DNA of 64,000 bases from Eukaryota sp. TZLM1-RC (taxonomy: Eukaryota; Protista; Metamonada: BaSk clade), in NCBI GenBank assembly GCA_040285825.1, contig JAUPSS010000001.1, positions 3,968,001 through 4,032,000 on the forward strand, read 5' to 3'. The translations under genes and the position numbers were made by a program. Below, piece after piece: positions 49,343 through 59,766 of the stretch; within the stretch, counting starts at the first letter, position 1, and every line of letters starts with the position of its first letter. The notes beneath the pieces are model-generated. The model saw only the letters and a program-made list of their open reading frames with translations, was not told the DNA's origin and made no database searches.

Positions 49343-51967
49343 ATGGTGAAGACCGTCTTTATAGCCGAGAAGCCTTCTGTCGCTCTTGCGTTATCACAGG
49401 CTCTTTCCAATGGTAACTTCTCTACCTCTAAAACTTCGTCTACTCCCATTCACAGCTTCACTCTTCACTACAATGGTAAGTCGCTCAACTGCCAGTCTTC
49501 TTCTGTCACAGGACATCTCTACAACCGTGATTTTCCTCCTTCCTTCAATAACCGTAGCAATGTCAATCCCATAGACCTGTACTCTGCCCCTACTGTGCTT
49601 GTTCCAACCAACACCAAGCTCCTCTCTCATCTCACGAATCTCTGCAAAAATGCACAGATTCTCTACCTAGCATTAGATAATGATGCAGAAGGGGAGAAAA
49701 TCTGCATGGATGTACAAAATCTTGTTTCAAAGACCCTACCCTCTTCTTGTTCTCTCCTTCGTCTTCGTTTCTCATCCCTTCTTCGTTCCGATCTTCTCTC
49801 TGCTCTCAACAAGGCTTCTACAACAGACGTTCTGCTTGCTAAATCTGTGGACGCAAGACAAGAAATTGACCTTAAAGTAGGGGTCTCATTTACAAGATAC
49901 CAGACTGATTTTCTTAAAGGAAAGTTTAATTTTGACAGTAATACCATTTCTTATGGTCCGGTCCAGACTCCAACCTTGGGATTTGTGGTTGCCCAAGAAG
50001 ATTTGATAAAGAAATTTGTGCCTGAACGTTATTATGAAATTGAATTTTCAACATCTGGGCTAAATTTTAGGTGTTCTAGAGGTGCTATTTATGATGAGCA
50101 ATTGGCACACGTGATACGGTCATTAATCATACATAATGCGAACGGAAACTATCAAATCAAAAATGTGATTAAGAAAAAGGAGTCTAGAACTCGTCCACTG
50201 GCATTAAATACTGTCGAATTTTTAAAAAAATGCTCTCAATGTGGAATATCACCAGATTCGGCAATGCATCTAGCTGAGGATCTCTATTTGGAATCTTGCA
50301 TTACTTACCCCCGCACAGAATCTACAGCATACCAATCAAACTTTGAATTCAAAAGGATTCTTAATGAGGTCACGTCACATTCTGTTTTAGGAAAGTTTGC
50401 TCAATCATTGGCTAATCAATCGCGTTTACAACCCAGAAAAGGAAAGGATGTTGGTGATCACTTGCCGATATCTCCACTAAGGTTACCTTCAAGAAATAGA
50501 AGTGCTCAACATTTAAAAGTTTTTGATATTGTTTTGTGTCACTTCTTGAGATGTTTAAGCGAGGATGCTGAGTTGTCAGTGGTGAAAATTTCAATCTCTA
50601 TTGGTGATGAGCTTTTCGAGACGTCAACCCGAAAATTTGAAAAATTAGGTTTTTTAGCAATCAAATCTTCAAGTGTTGAAAATGAGGATCAGGAAGAGAC
50701 CACTTCTAATTTTACCCAAAATTTTGTTAAGGGTGAGGTTGTTTCCCTCCAACCATCTAACATTTCTATTATTTCAGGCCAAACAGTTTCTCCATCTTTT
50801 CTGACCGAGTCGGCTCTTATTGACCTAATGGAACGTCATCATATAGGTACTGATGCAAGCATAGCTTCCCATCTGACAAATATTGTAAATAGAGGTTACG
50901 TCACCGTTGATGGGCCACACAGGAAGTACGTGCCTACTGAACTGGGCAGATTACTTTACCACGCTTACCTTAAAATAGATCCTGATCTTTGCCAAGCTAA
51001 TGTTCGGGGAGAGATTCAGAGATCCGTGGAGCTGATTGCAGCAGGTAAAGCTGTTTTTGATGTTGTGCTGGAATACTCGCTACTGAATTTCAAACGAAAA
51101 TTTGAATATTTTTCTGCAAATATTCAAATAATGGTTGATCTTTTTTCTTCTAAATTTGATACCGTAGCAGCTTCAGCCAAGCCTGTTTCTCGATGCGGGA
51201 ACTGTTCGCGGTATTTAAAGCTGATTACAACAAACCCACCAAGATTATATTGTGCTTATTGTGAAGAAAACTTCTCTATACCTTTTCTACAAAAGTCAAG
51301 AGAGTATGACGTGTCATCTGTGGAGAATATGATGTGTAGTGTGGATTCCTTTGGCCTTTGTGTGTCTAATTCAAGTGGTCGTAAGCTTTTGTTTTGTCCT
51401 AGATGCAGTCAAGCTAAGAATTTCACTGTTCAATGTGTTTTTTGTTGTTTTGAAGACTGTCCACATAGAATTCGTAAATTCTCTTTTGGAGAGTGCAAGG
51501 AAGGTTGTGGAGGGCATTTGTTTTTTGAATACTCAAACAAAATTTCCCTTTATTGTGGAAAATGTGACTTTAAATTAAATTGTCCAGCAATCGCTAAATA
51601 TGAACTGAAAGATCAAAAATGTGATTGTCAATCAAAATTGATTGATGTTTGGTTTAAAAAAGGGTTCACATTACCCGTAAAGTTTAGAGATGCTGGTTAT
51701 TCCATTACAGAAATCAATACTCTTTGCTTGTGGTGTGATCCACTTTTACTCTCTCTATCGCACACATCATCCAAGCAACCTACCCCTGTCCACCATAGAG
51801 GTCGAGGTAGTCGAGGTGGAAGAGGTAGGGGAGGTCGAGGTCGAGGTCGAGGAAACAGTAGAGGTAGGGGAGGTGGAAGAGGCAGGGGAAGGAAGACTGA
51901 TGATAGACTAAGTTCGGCACAGCAAGCCTATGTATACAAGGGACACGATGCATTTTTCCAGATTTAG
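49343..51967 (+). CDS. TOP3B: DNA topoisomerase III beta
   Basis: IAEKPSVA; DNDAEGEKI; SVDARQEIDLKVGVSFTRYQT; catalytic ITYPRTES; IGTDASIASH; C-terminal Zn ribbons; RGG tail. Confidence 0.95.
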   Translation: MVKTVFIAEKPSVALALSQALSNGNFSTSKTSSTPIHSFTLHYNGKSLNCQSSSVTGHLYNRDFPPSFNNRSNVNPIDLYSAPTVLVPTNTKLLSHLTNLCKNAQILYLALDNDAEGEKICMDVQNLVSKTLPSSCSLLRLRFSSLLRSDLLSALNKASTTDVLLAKSVDARQEIDLKVGVSFTRYQTDFLKGKFNFDSNTISYGPVQTPTLGFVVAQEDLIKKFVPERYYEIEFSTSGLNFRCSRGAIYDEQLAHVIRSLIIHNANGNYQIKNVIKKKESRTRPLALNTVEFLKKCSQCGISPDSAMHLAEDLYLESCITYPRTESTAYQSNFEFKRILNEVTSHSVLGKFAQSLANQSRLQPRKGKDVGDHLPISPLRLPSRNRSAQHLKVFDIVLCHFLRCLSEDAELSVVKISISIGDELFETSTRKFEKLGFLAIKSSSVENEDQEETTSNFTQNFVKGEVVSLQPSNISIISGQTVSPSFLTESALIDLMERHHIGTDASIASHLTNIVNRGYVTVDGPHRKYVPTELGRLLYHAYLKIDPDLCQANVRGEIQRSVELIAAGKAVFDVVLEYSLLNFKRKFEYFSANIQIMVDLFSSKFDTVAASAKPVSRCGNCSRYLKLITTNPPRLYCAYCEENFSIPFLQKSREYDVSSVENMMCSVDSFGLCVSNSSGRKLLFCPRCSQAKNFTVQCVFCCFEDCPHRIRKFSFGECKEGCGGHLFFEYSNKISLYCGKCDFKLNCPAIAKYELKDQKCDCQSKLIDVWFKKGFTLPVKFRDAGYSITEINTLCLWCDPLLLSLSHTSSKQPTPVHHRGRGSRGGRGRGGRGRGRGNSRGRGGGRGRGRKTDDRLSSAQQAYVYKGHDAFFQI

Positions 51968-53167
51968 CTATTTTATTGTATTTTAATCATTTTTTAATTA
52001 ATTTTTTTTCAATTTATTTTTTTCCTTTCAGGCAGTTTTCCCAATATTTATTTGTTCGAGGTTCACATTCAGCTTTTTAAACTTTTATTTATCTTTATTA
52101 TTATGATTTCTAATTTTGTTTGCTGGTTAACTCTTTATAAATGTCTTTGTATGACACTTGTTCTTTGTATGTGAGAAAGAGGAAGGAAACAGAAATTTTA
52201 TCAGCAGACGCAGAACGATGTCGAGATTCAAAAATGCATTGTGGAGAACCATTACTGTATTGTTAAAAGATTAACTAAATGTTAAGAAAATGCATAAATA
52301 TTCCATGAGCAATGATGACGTGATCCACTTTCCTAAAAGGGAAAATCACGTTTAGCCACAGCTAACTTAAATATTCCATGGTCAATGTCAAAATTGTATT
52401 AATTTTCAAAGTATCTTATCGTTCTTTTTTTGGTGCCACACTTGGGTAACCTTTTAAACTTCATGGTACACTGAATAATTTAGAGAACAAATTGTGTTGA
52501 GTTGTCAGCGCTTTTGTTCAAGTTCATTAATTGTTAAGTCTAAAGAGCAAAATTAAGCCTCTATTTTGAAGTTAAACGGGGGAATTCATATCAATCAACG
52601 TAATAGTCAGACGTCACCTTACGTCTGATCTATTTTATGGGTACAGTCCACGATTGAATTTTAGAATAAAACTTGTTATTTCAAAATGTGCTGAAGCTTG
52701 AATGTGTAGTAATATCTTAGAGGGCAGGTTTTCTTTCATGAACCAGTAATTAGAATTAACCATTACCTTGCATATGACGTTCCATGAAAGCAACAATGGA
52801 ACCAATAGTTTCATTAGGATTTAACCAGATAAAAGAGTTGTATGAGCCATTGAGAGAACCAAAAAGGTGGATGCTAATTTTGTATATGATTCATGCTGAC
52901 CCAAAAATTCAGTTTCTATTTACTATTGAAACCTACACTCTTATTTGGGTTCTTTTGGGCAATTAATCATCTATCAAGAAAGATGAGCATTATTTATGGA
53001 ATGTATTACAGTTGGTATTCATAGGGAAAAGTGTTAGCCTTGGATAATATTTATAATAGTTTATTTATAGTTTATTAATAGTTATTGTATTATTGCGCCC
53101 ATGCGCTTAAGTTAAGGGAAATTCTCATTCCCTTGTAATAAATCTAATTACATTTAAGGTATACTCA

Positions 53168-56100
53168 ATGTCTAACCCCCACAGATCATCAATACGTATT
53201 GGATCACCTTTGGGTGGTTCCAATGACAACTCCGAGACTGTTAGGACTGATCCTCCTACGTCTCACTCTTCGAGTTCTTCCTCCCGAACTCCTCAGTCGG
53301 GACCAGAACAACCCTTGTCAACTGGGTCTGAGGGAAGCAATGCTTCTTCTCCTCCTGTGTTAACTCCTCCCTCCGGAGATTCTGTTACACAACCCAATGT
53401 TACGAGTTCTTCCTCCCAAACTCCTCAGTTGGGAATAGAACAACCCTCTGGTGGCGAGAGAAGTGATACTTCCTCTCAACCCTCGGGTCAAGGTTCCACT
53501 CCATCTACGGATGACGTTCCTGTGGTTCCTATCAGTCTTCCTGTTCCTCCCTCTAATGTGGAAAACTTTGTACCTCTTTCTCCTCCCCCTGGTTCTGAAG
53601 GAGAGGTTGAAGATTCCCTTTTAGGTCCTGAACAGTTCAGTACTTTAGATGAATATCTGAAGTATATCATCAACCAGACTGATCCTGACTCGGCCAGCAA
53701 CAAGATATCTGAGCTGTTGAAGCTCAAGAGGGTAGAGCCTCCCTCTTCACCTATTGTTTGCGCTCCTGTTGCTCCTTCCACTTCTTCTACGGAAGTTCCT
53801 GGGGAAGGACAACAAGTTCCTTCTACTTCTTCTACGGAAGCTCCTGGGGAAGGACAACAAGTTCCTTCTACTTCTTCTACGGAAGCTCCTGGGGAAGGAC
53901 AACAAGCTCCTTCCATTCCTTCTAGGGAAGTTCCTATGGAAAGCAGCCCTCCGCAACAACCAGCTCCTCCTGCAGTCCCTGCTGGTAACTCTAATCCTAC
54001 TACTCCTTCTCGAGAAGTTCCTGTAGCAGGTCCTCCTAATACTTCTGCTCCTACTACGGTAGCTCCTACAGAAGTCCATTCAACTCCATCTGTTCCTCCT
54101 TCGGGAGTTCCTACTAGAGGAGTAATTCATATTCCCCCAACCTCTGGCCAGACTCCTCAGCAAGGTCACGTTGTTTCTTCTGTTCCTGCTGCTTGGCAGG
54201 TGCTTAGTGCTGCACAGCCTAACACCTATCAAGCCCCAAGCCAGCCCCAGGAATCAGATTCTCCTTTCATCTCTACCCAGCAGAGGACTGAAGCACAAAC
54301 TTTAGTTCTCAATGCTGGTATTGAGTTAATGCAAGGAGATCCTGCATCGATTCCTCCCAACGAACTCATTGCTGCTTTACCCCCATTTTGGGGTCCAGAA
54401 GTGGTTAATGATCACGGCTTTAGGATACGCAGAAGAATTGGCCCCTACTTCCCAACGGAGGAAGTAGACAATCTTACGGTTCGTTGTGACCCTCCTCCAA
54501 TTTATCCTCAACGGGATACTGTTGGAGGGTTCAGAACTCCTCGTGAAGGTGTACAGAGGATTTTCGCTGGTGATGAGCTGAATCTCTTCCTCAATCGATG
54601 TAACCCATGTCCTTTCCCCAGGTTTAGCCCTGGATACAATGCCTCTCTTGATATTTATATCAATAGAGATTTCAGGACTGGATGGTGGTACACTTACACT
54701 ACGAACTACCAAAGATTGTACCTGCAAGACCGCAGACCTGACCTTTGTGCGTCATATTTTGGTCCGGAGCATAGAAGGAATAGGCCTTTAAGGGATGCCC
54801 TGATGAATGTACAGGAGAACATTGGCGTCACCAATTCTAGTTCTCTTCTGTGGGTCAATATCGATGGTAATGTGCAAAGTTACTATCCGAGTGATCATGA
54901 CCCAGTAGAATTGAGAACTTCTGAGCCTGACCCAGTTGAGACAGACACAGTTTTCTCATCTTTGAGCATTGAGCCTCAGGATGACCAACAACAAGATGAG
55001 CCGATGGCAACTACTGACACTGTTGAGACAGTGCAACAACCTGTAGTTGTCCAATCTCAGGATCCATCAACTCCTTCCCAGGTTCCTCAGGACCCTAGGC
55101 TCCTAGGAGCAACTCCTTCTAACACTCCCATAGCTCCCCAGTTTTCCAACACTCTACTGATGGAAGCTATGGCGAGTTCACAAGATAGAGATAGAGATAG
55201 ACAAAGAGGTGGTCGTCCTAGAAAACCCACCCTGGAAGCCAACGATATCTCTGACCCTGTAAGGATCTTGAAATTCATCGACAGATTTATTCTGTATGCT
55301 AGGACTGAGAGGACCATTGAAGAGAGAGATATCAATGAATCTGATCCTACTCAAGTCAGACTAGCAAGAGAAGTGTCTGAATTAAGAAGGCAACTTGAGG
55401 AACGTTCTCGTCCTTCTGCCACTCCTCAATCCATAAGCAGAGAAAACCGGAACCTCCCTCTCAATCAGAGATATGGTAACCCCCTCCACGAGTGGGACCG
55501 ATTCAGAGCTGCTGCTCAAGTCGACCCTCGTAGGATTGCCTCCTGCGTTACTCCAGAGTGCTTAGCTGCTCTGAGAGCTCAAGGCAGATTTTCGTCTATG
55601 TCTGATAGTATCTCAGCTATCGACAACATTAATGAGGAGCAAATATGGGAATCAATTTTACACCTCAGCCAGTATAGTACTTTAGAAACGGCGAGGAATC
55701 AGTTATATAGAGTTCAGATGAATTGGAATATTCAGGACTTTAGGAATCGCTGGGGCGACTTCACTGTGAGGCTAATGAGAACAGTTTCACGAAGTACCGC
55801 CATTTCTGACGTCAGGGCAAGCGACCGTGCCTTGTATGGTCAACATTTCCTACAGCGCATTCAAAACTGGAAAATTGCAACCCATATGATCGATTCTGTT
55901 GGTATTCAGGCCATCAGTGACAACCTGAGAACAGTATGGTCCACACCCAATGTTTGGCAACACCATACTTTACAACAATTTGTCGACATCCTTGCTGCTG
56001 AATACATGAGTTGGTGTTCAGCAAGATCCTATGACGAGCAAAGGGCCAATATCAGTGACAGCTATCAACAACATATGGGTCACTATGTTAGAGCAAACCC

Positions 56101-56614
56101 AAAGGACAAGAAAAGAATAGGCAAATTTAAGCCTGCGGGTTCCAGCGTCGCCCCTGCTCAACTCACCAAAAGGAGCAAGTCGCAAATTAAGAAAGAAAGA
56201 GATAAAGCTGGTCTCTGTAGATTCTGTGGTTTTCCAGGCCACTCTATTAACGAATGTCCCGACCCTGATTGCCAGCGATCCAAGCAATGGCGAGATGCCA
56301 ACCCAGATGCCGTTCGAGCATATTTGGCTAGGGGTAGTAGTAATAGTAGTAATAGAGGCAGAGGTAGACGTAGAGGAAGAGGCAAGGGCCCTTCTAGTAG
56401 TAATAAACGTTCCCATAAATATTCAATGTTTACTATAGAGCAAGATAGCTCTCCAACCGGTAATACATCAAAGCAACGTTCAAACAAATGTTCCTTGTTT
56501 ACTATAGAGCAAGACAGCTCTCCAGCACGTAAAACACCAAACATAAAACAAACCTCAGTCTCCAACCAGTGGATTAAGTGTTTAACTAATCCTTTGACTA
56601 CCCGGAATTTTTAA
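53168..56614 (+). CDS. gag: Gag-like polyprotein, 1148 aa, with CCHC zinc knuckle
   Basis: CRFCGFPGHSINEC knuckle, RGR-rich tail, long P/S/T-rich N-terminus, directly upstream of the protease. Confidence 0.85.
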   Translation: MSNPHRSSIRIGSPLGGSNDNSETVRTDPPTSHSSSSSSRTPQSGPEQPLSTGSEGSNASSPPVLTPPSGDSVTQPNVTSSSSQTPQLGIEQPSGGERSDTSSQPSGQGSTPSTDDVPVVPISLPVPPSNVENFVPLSPPPGSEGEVEDSLLGPEQFSTLDEYLKYIINQTDPDSASNKISELLKLKRVEPPSSPIVCAPVAPSTSSTEVPGEGQQVPSTSSTEAPGEGQQVPSTSSTEAPGEGQQAPSIPSREVPMESSPPQQPAPPAVPAGNSNPTTPSREVPVAGPPNTSAPTTVAPTEVHSTPSVPPSGVPTRGVIHIPPTSGQTPQQGHVVSSVPAAWQVLSAAQPNTYQAPSQPQESDSPFISTQQRTEAQTLVLNAGIELMQGDPASIPPNELIAALPPFWGPEVVNDHGFRIRRRIGPYFPTEEVDNLTVRCDPPPIYPQRDTVGGFRTPREGVQRIFAGDELNLFLNRCNPCPFPRFSPGYNASLDIYINRDFRTGWWYTYTTNYQRLYLQDRRPDLCASYFGPEHRRNRPLRDALMNVQENIGVTNSSSLLWVNIDGNVQSYYPSDHDPVELRTSEPDPVETDTVFSSLSIEPQDDQQQDEPMATTDTVETVQQPVVVQSQDPSTPSQVPQDPRLLGATPSNTPIAPQFSNTLLMEAMASSQDRDRDRQRGGRPRKPTLEANDISDPVRILKFIDRFILYARTERTIEERDINESDPTQVRLAREVSELRRQLEERSRPSATPQSISRENRNLPLNQRYGNPLHEWDRFRAAAQVDPRRIASCVTPECLAALRAQGRFSSMSDSISAIDNINEEQIWESILHLSQYSTLETARNQLYRVQMNWNIQDFRNRWGDFTVRLMRTVSRSTAISDVRASDRALYGQHFLQRIQNWKIATHMIDSVGIQAISDNLRTVWSTPNVWQHHTLQQFVDILAAEYMSWCSARSYDEQRANISDSYQQHMGHYVRANPKDKKRIGKFKPAGSSVAPAQLTKRSKSQIKKERDKAGLCRFCGFPGHSINECPDPDCQRSKQWRDANPDAVRAYLARGSSNSSNRGRGRRRGRGKGPSSSNKRSHKYSMFTIEQDSSPTGNTSKQRSNKCSLFTIEQDSSPARKTPNIKQTSVSNQWIKCLTNPLTTRNF
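53771..53914 (+). repeat. 45-bp coding tandem repeat x3 (PSTSSTEA/VPGEGQQV/A)
   Basis: Seen directly. Confidence 0.92.
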
Positions 56615-59600
56615 AACAGCTACAACGATAGAAACACCAAATAAACCCTGTTTCAATCATGAGTTCGACTCGAACCCAGACTCAGCGTCCCACAGCGATA
56701 TCTTCATGGTTCGCACCTCAGATGTCGCACGCAAAAATTTAAAATTGAAATTTTCAATAAATAACTGCGAAATAGAAGGGATCATCGACTCTGGAGCTTC
56801 GATATCAGTCATCACTGTTGATTTAGCAGAGAGATGCAACATGGTAAAGACTAACCATTGCATAAACTTTAAGTCAGCAAACAACATCATGTCGAAGTCT
56901 TTAGGATCAGCAGAAGGCACACTGAGCTTCAGACTCGGTAGTGTAACCCAACTAGTACACGTGAAACATAGCTTGGCCATCATTCCTGGCAACAATATGT
57001 TACTAATTGGTAGAGACCTGTTGCATCACCTAGGCTTATTGAACGATGAAGGCCTCTTCATCAAGATGGATGAGGAACATCGTACATTACTTCTGCCTGA
57101 GGCTGAATTCGACCATCGAATCTCCCAAGTCTCAGATGTCGTCAACGTCCCCAGACGTTGGTTGGAGCACATACAGTCTTCTGGTTGTACTATTAACCTC
57201 GACTGTGATAACGACAAGAAGACCTTACTTCTAACCTTGAAAGAGTTCGAAGAAACATTCACCCTTAAGCCGCATGCTGATGGGATTGACTGTCCTCCAA
57301 TGGAGATCAACTTTCATGATGAAAGTATTCGAGTCAGACGACCCCCTCGTAGGTTAAACCCCGAGAAGCAGAAAGTCGCCGAACAGATCTTCGATGAACT
57401 CGTCGAGTCTGGATTTGCTGTACCATCGAACCATGAGTTCAGCTCTCCAGTATGTCTTGTGGTATACCCTGATCATCGTAAGCCTCGCCTTACTGGTGAT
57501 TACAGCGGCAAGGACGGAGTCAACGCCAACACTATTCCCGTTGAACCTAATCTCCCCAGAATATCCGATGTGCTAGTCTTCCTTTCGGAAGCCAATTTCA
57601 TCGGTACCCTTGACCTCCCAAAGCCTTTTGGCAACTAAAGATTGCAGAAAGGACTGGGAGAAGACTGCCTTAAGCATCCCTGGCAAAAGTATCATGTTTA
57701 AACGTGCTGCTTTTCGGCCTCAAGAACGTTCCTGCAGTCTTCCAGAACGTTATGGCAGACATCTTCTCCGGAGACGGTGTATTCATCTATATAGATGACA
57801 TCATTATAGTAGGTAGAACCTTCAACGAGTTCCTCGGACGTCTAAGACGTGTCCTCGAGAAAGCTCGAACCCGTAGAGTTAGCCTTGGACTGCCCAAGTG
57901 CCATTTTTGTGTCCTCTAGACACCCAATAAAAGATCCTTGGTAGCAGATTCCAACACAAAACCAGGACCATAGATCCTACACGCACAGAGTCTTTACTGA
58001 ATCTTCCCAGACCTAAGACTGTGAAAGACGCCCGTAGCCTTATCGGCTCAGTCAACTTCATTAGGGAATGGCTTCCCCAGGTAACCAAGCATGTTGCCCC
58101 GATCATCAAATTAACACATGGCAAACCACGTCGCTTGCAGTGGAAAGACACTCACAACTACCATTTAGCCGAAATCAAACGTCTGATCGCGGAGCATATG
58201 CCTCTCAACTTACCTCCGGTGGATAACCAAGTACTAATTAGTTGTGATGCCTCTGATATAGCAGTTGGCGGCGTGATTTGGGAACAAATAGAACCCACTA
58301 AGGACCCTGGTACTTCCTTACTCAATAGGAAATGTAGACCAATCAGCTTCTTCAGCAGATTGTTGACTAACTCCCAGCAGAACTGGCCCACGGTACAGAA
58401 AGAGCTCTATGCTATCCTTCTCATGCTTACCGAAAGTGGCTTCGAGAACTACCTCAAAGGAAGGCGTCTGATCATTTTCACAGATCACCAAAACCTAACT
58501 TACATGCTTACCGCTCCGAACAAAAACAGAATAGTCAGAAGGTGGCTTCCCATCTTTTCTGAGTTCCTATTCGACATAGTTCATACAAAAGGGGAAGAGA
58601 ACCATTGGGCAGACATGCTATCTAGGATAGTACCGCCCCAAGACAATCATACCATCAACCATCTGGTACATTCTAATGACCAAGAGTTTCACCCTATCTA
58701 CTACACAAATAGGATTGACGAAACTGAGTCAGAGAGATGCTTCGTTGAAGATCTCCATACATTTGAGAAGGTGCTCATCCTTCAAGACAAATGCTCCAAT
58801 GACCTTCCACTCTTCGAGCCATGGCTCTGCAAGATCAGGTCCGAACAAAAGCGAGCCCTCGCTAACCAGGACACCTCGTTCAACAACTGTACTTTGGATA
58901 GTCGTCTAGATCTTTATCTGACTCCAGAGCACAAGATCGTGATTCCTCAATCACTGGTTAAGGATACGCTTAACCTTCTACATGGACTCCCGCAAGGTGG
59001 CCACCCCAGTAAGGCAGAAAGTCTCCTCAGACTCAAGAACAGCGACTACTGGTGGCCTAACATGCTTTCAGACATGACCAAGCACGTCCAAGAATGCCCC
59101 TCCTGTCAGAAGACAGCAGCAGTCCCCAAACTGCATGTCCCTACAACTGGTTCCTTGTGGGCTGACAGACCATTCGCAAGAGTTAACGTCGACGTCATTG
59201 GTCCTCTTCCAGAAGATCAAGACGGCCACAGATACATTCTTGTATTTGTGGATAGCTTCACGAGGTTCACTATCATAGTCCCTCTCAAAGAACTCAACGC
59301 CAACCTTACTGCTGACGCTCTCATATGGAAGGTATGCGCGATATTCGGGATTCCGTTCATAGTTCATAGTGACAACGGTCCTGAGTTCTCTAAAGCTGTC
59401 TTCGACGCTCTATGTGAGTTTTTGGGCATAGAGGTCTCAAAGTCCGTCCCTCACTTCTCTCAATCCAACGGTTTAGTCGAACGCCGTCACCGTGACATTT
59501 TGCAGAATTTGAGGAAGCTGCTCGTAGATTTTAACGCCTACGACGCATGGTCAGAGTACATACCCTATGTACAATTGTTAATCAACTCATCCAAGAGTTC

Positions 59601-59766
59601 GATTACAGGTTACTCTCCATACGAGCTCATGTTTGGTTCAGATTTTTAGCCCAAGAGCTGACCCCGGCAAAATCATAGAGACCCTCGAAAGCTCAACGTC
59701 TGAGTCAACCTACATCAACAACATTCAATCCAAATTTGCCAGATTGAAGAAGAAACAGGAGGAAGC
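56598..59766 (+). CDS. pol: Pol (protease, RT, RNase H, integrase), interrupted by about six homopolymer indels
   Basis: IIDSGAS; LDLPKAFWQ, FGLKNVPAVFQ, YIDDII; CDASD, QKELYAI, TDHQNL, ADMLSR; H-H-CPSC, DVIG, SDNGPEF, NGLVERRH. Confidence 0.9.

Larger units (their letters stand above)
53032..59766 (+). mobile_element. Ty3/gypsy LTR retrotransposon (3' end missing)
   Basis: gag followed by pol in the order PR-RT-RH-IN. The 5' boundary is tentative (candidate short LTR TGTTAG...AATAAA...TTACA, 53032-53152). Confidence 0.9.

Noticed and set aside
52314-52632. Inverted repeats ACGTGAT/ATCACGT and TCAGACGT/ACGTCTGA upstream of the gypsy element
   Set aside because: Short stems with no supporting context (no CTRR end, TSD or second copy).
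53771-53914. Regular repeats as a CRISPR array
   Set aside because: Head-to-tail in-frame coding repeat with no spacers; eukaryotic context.
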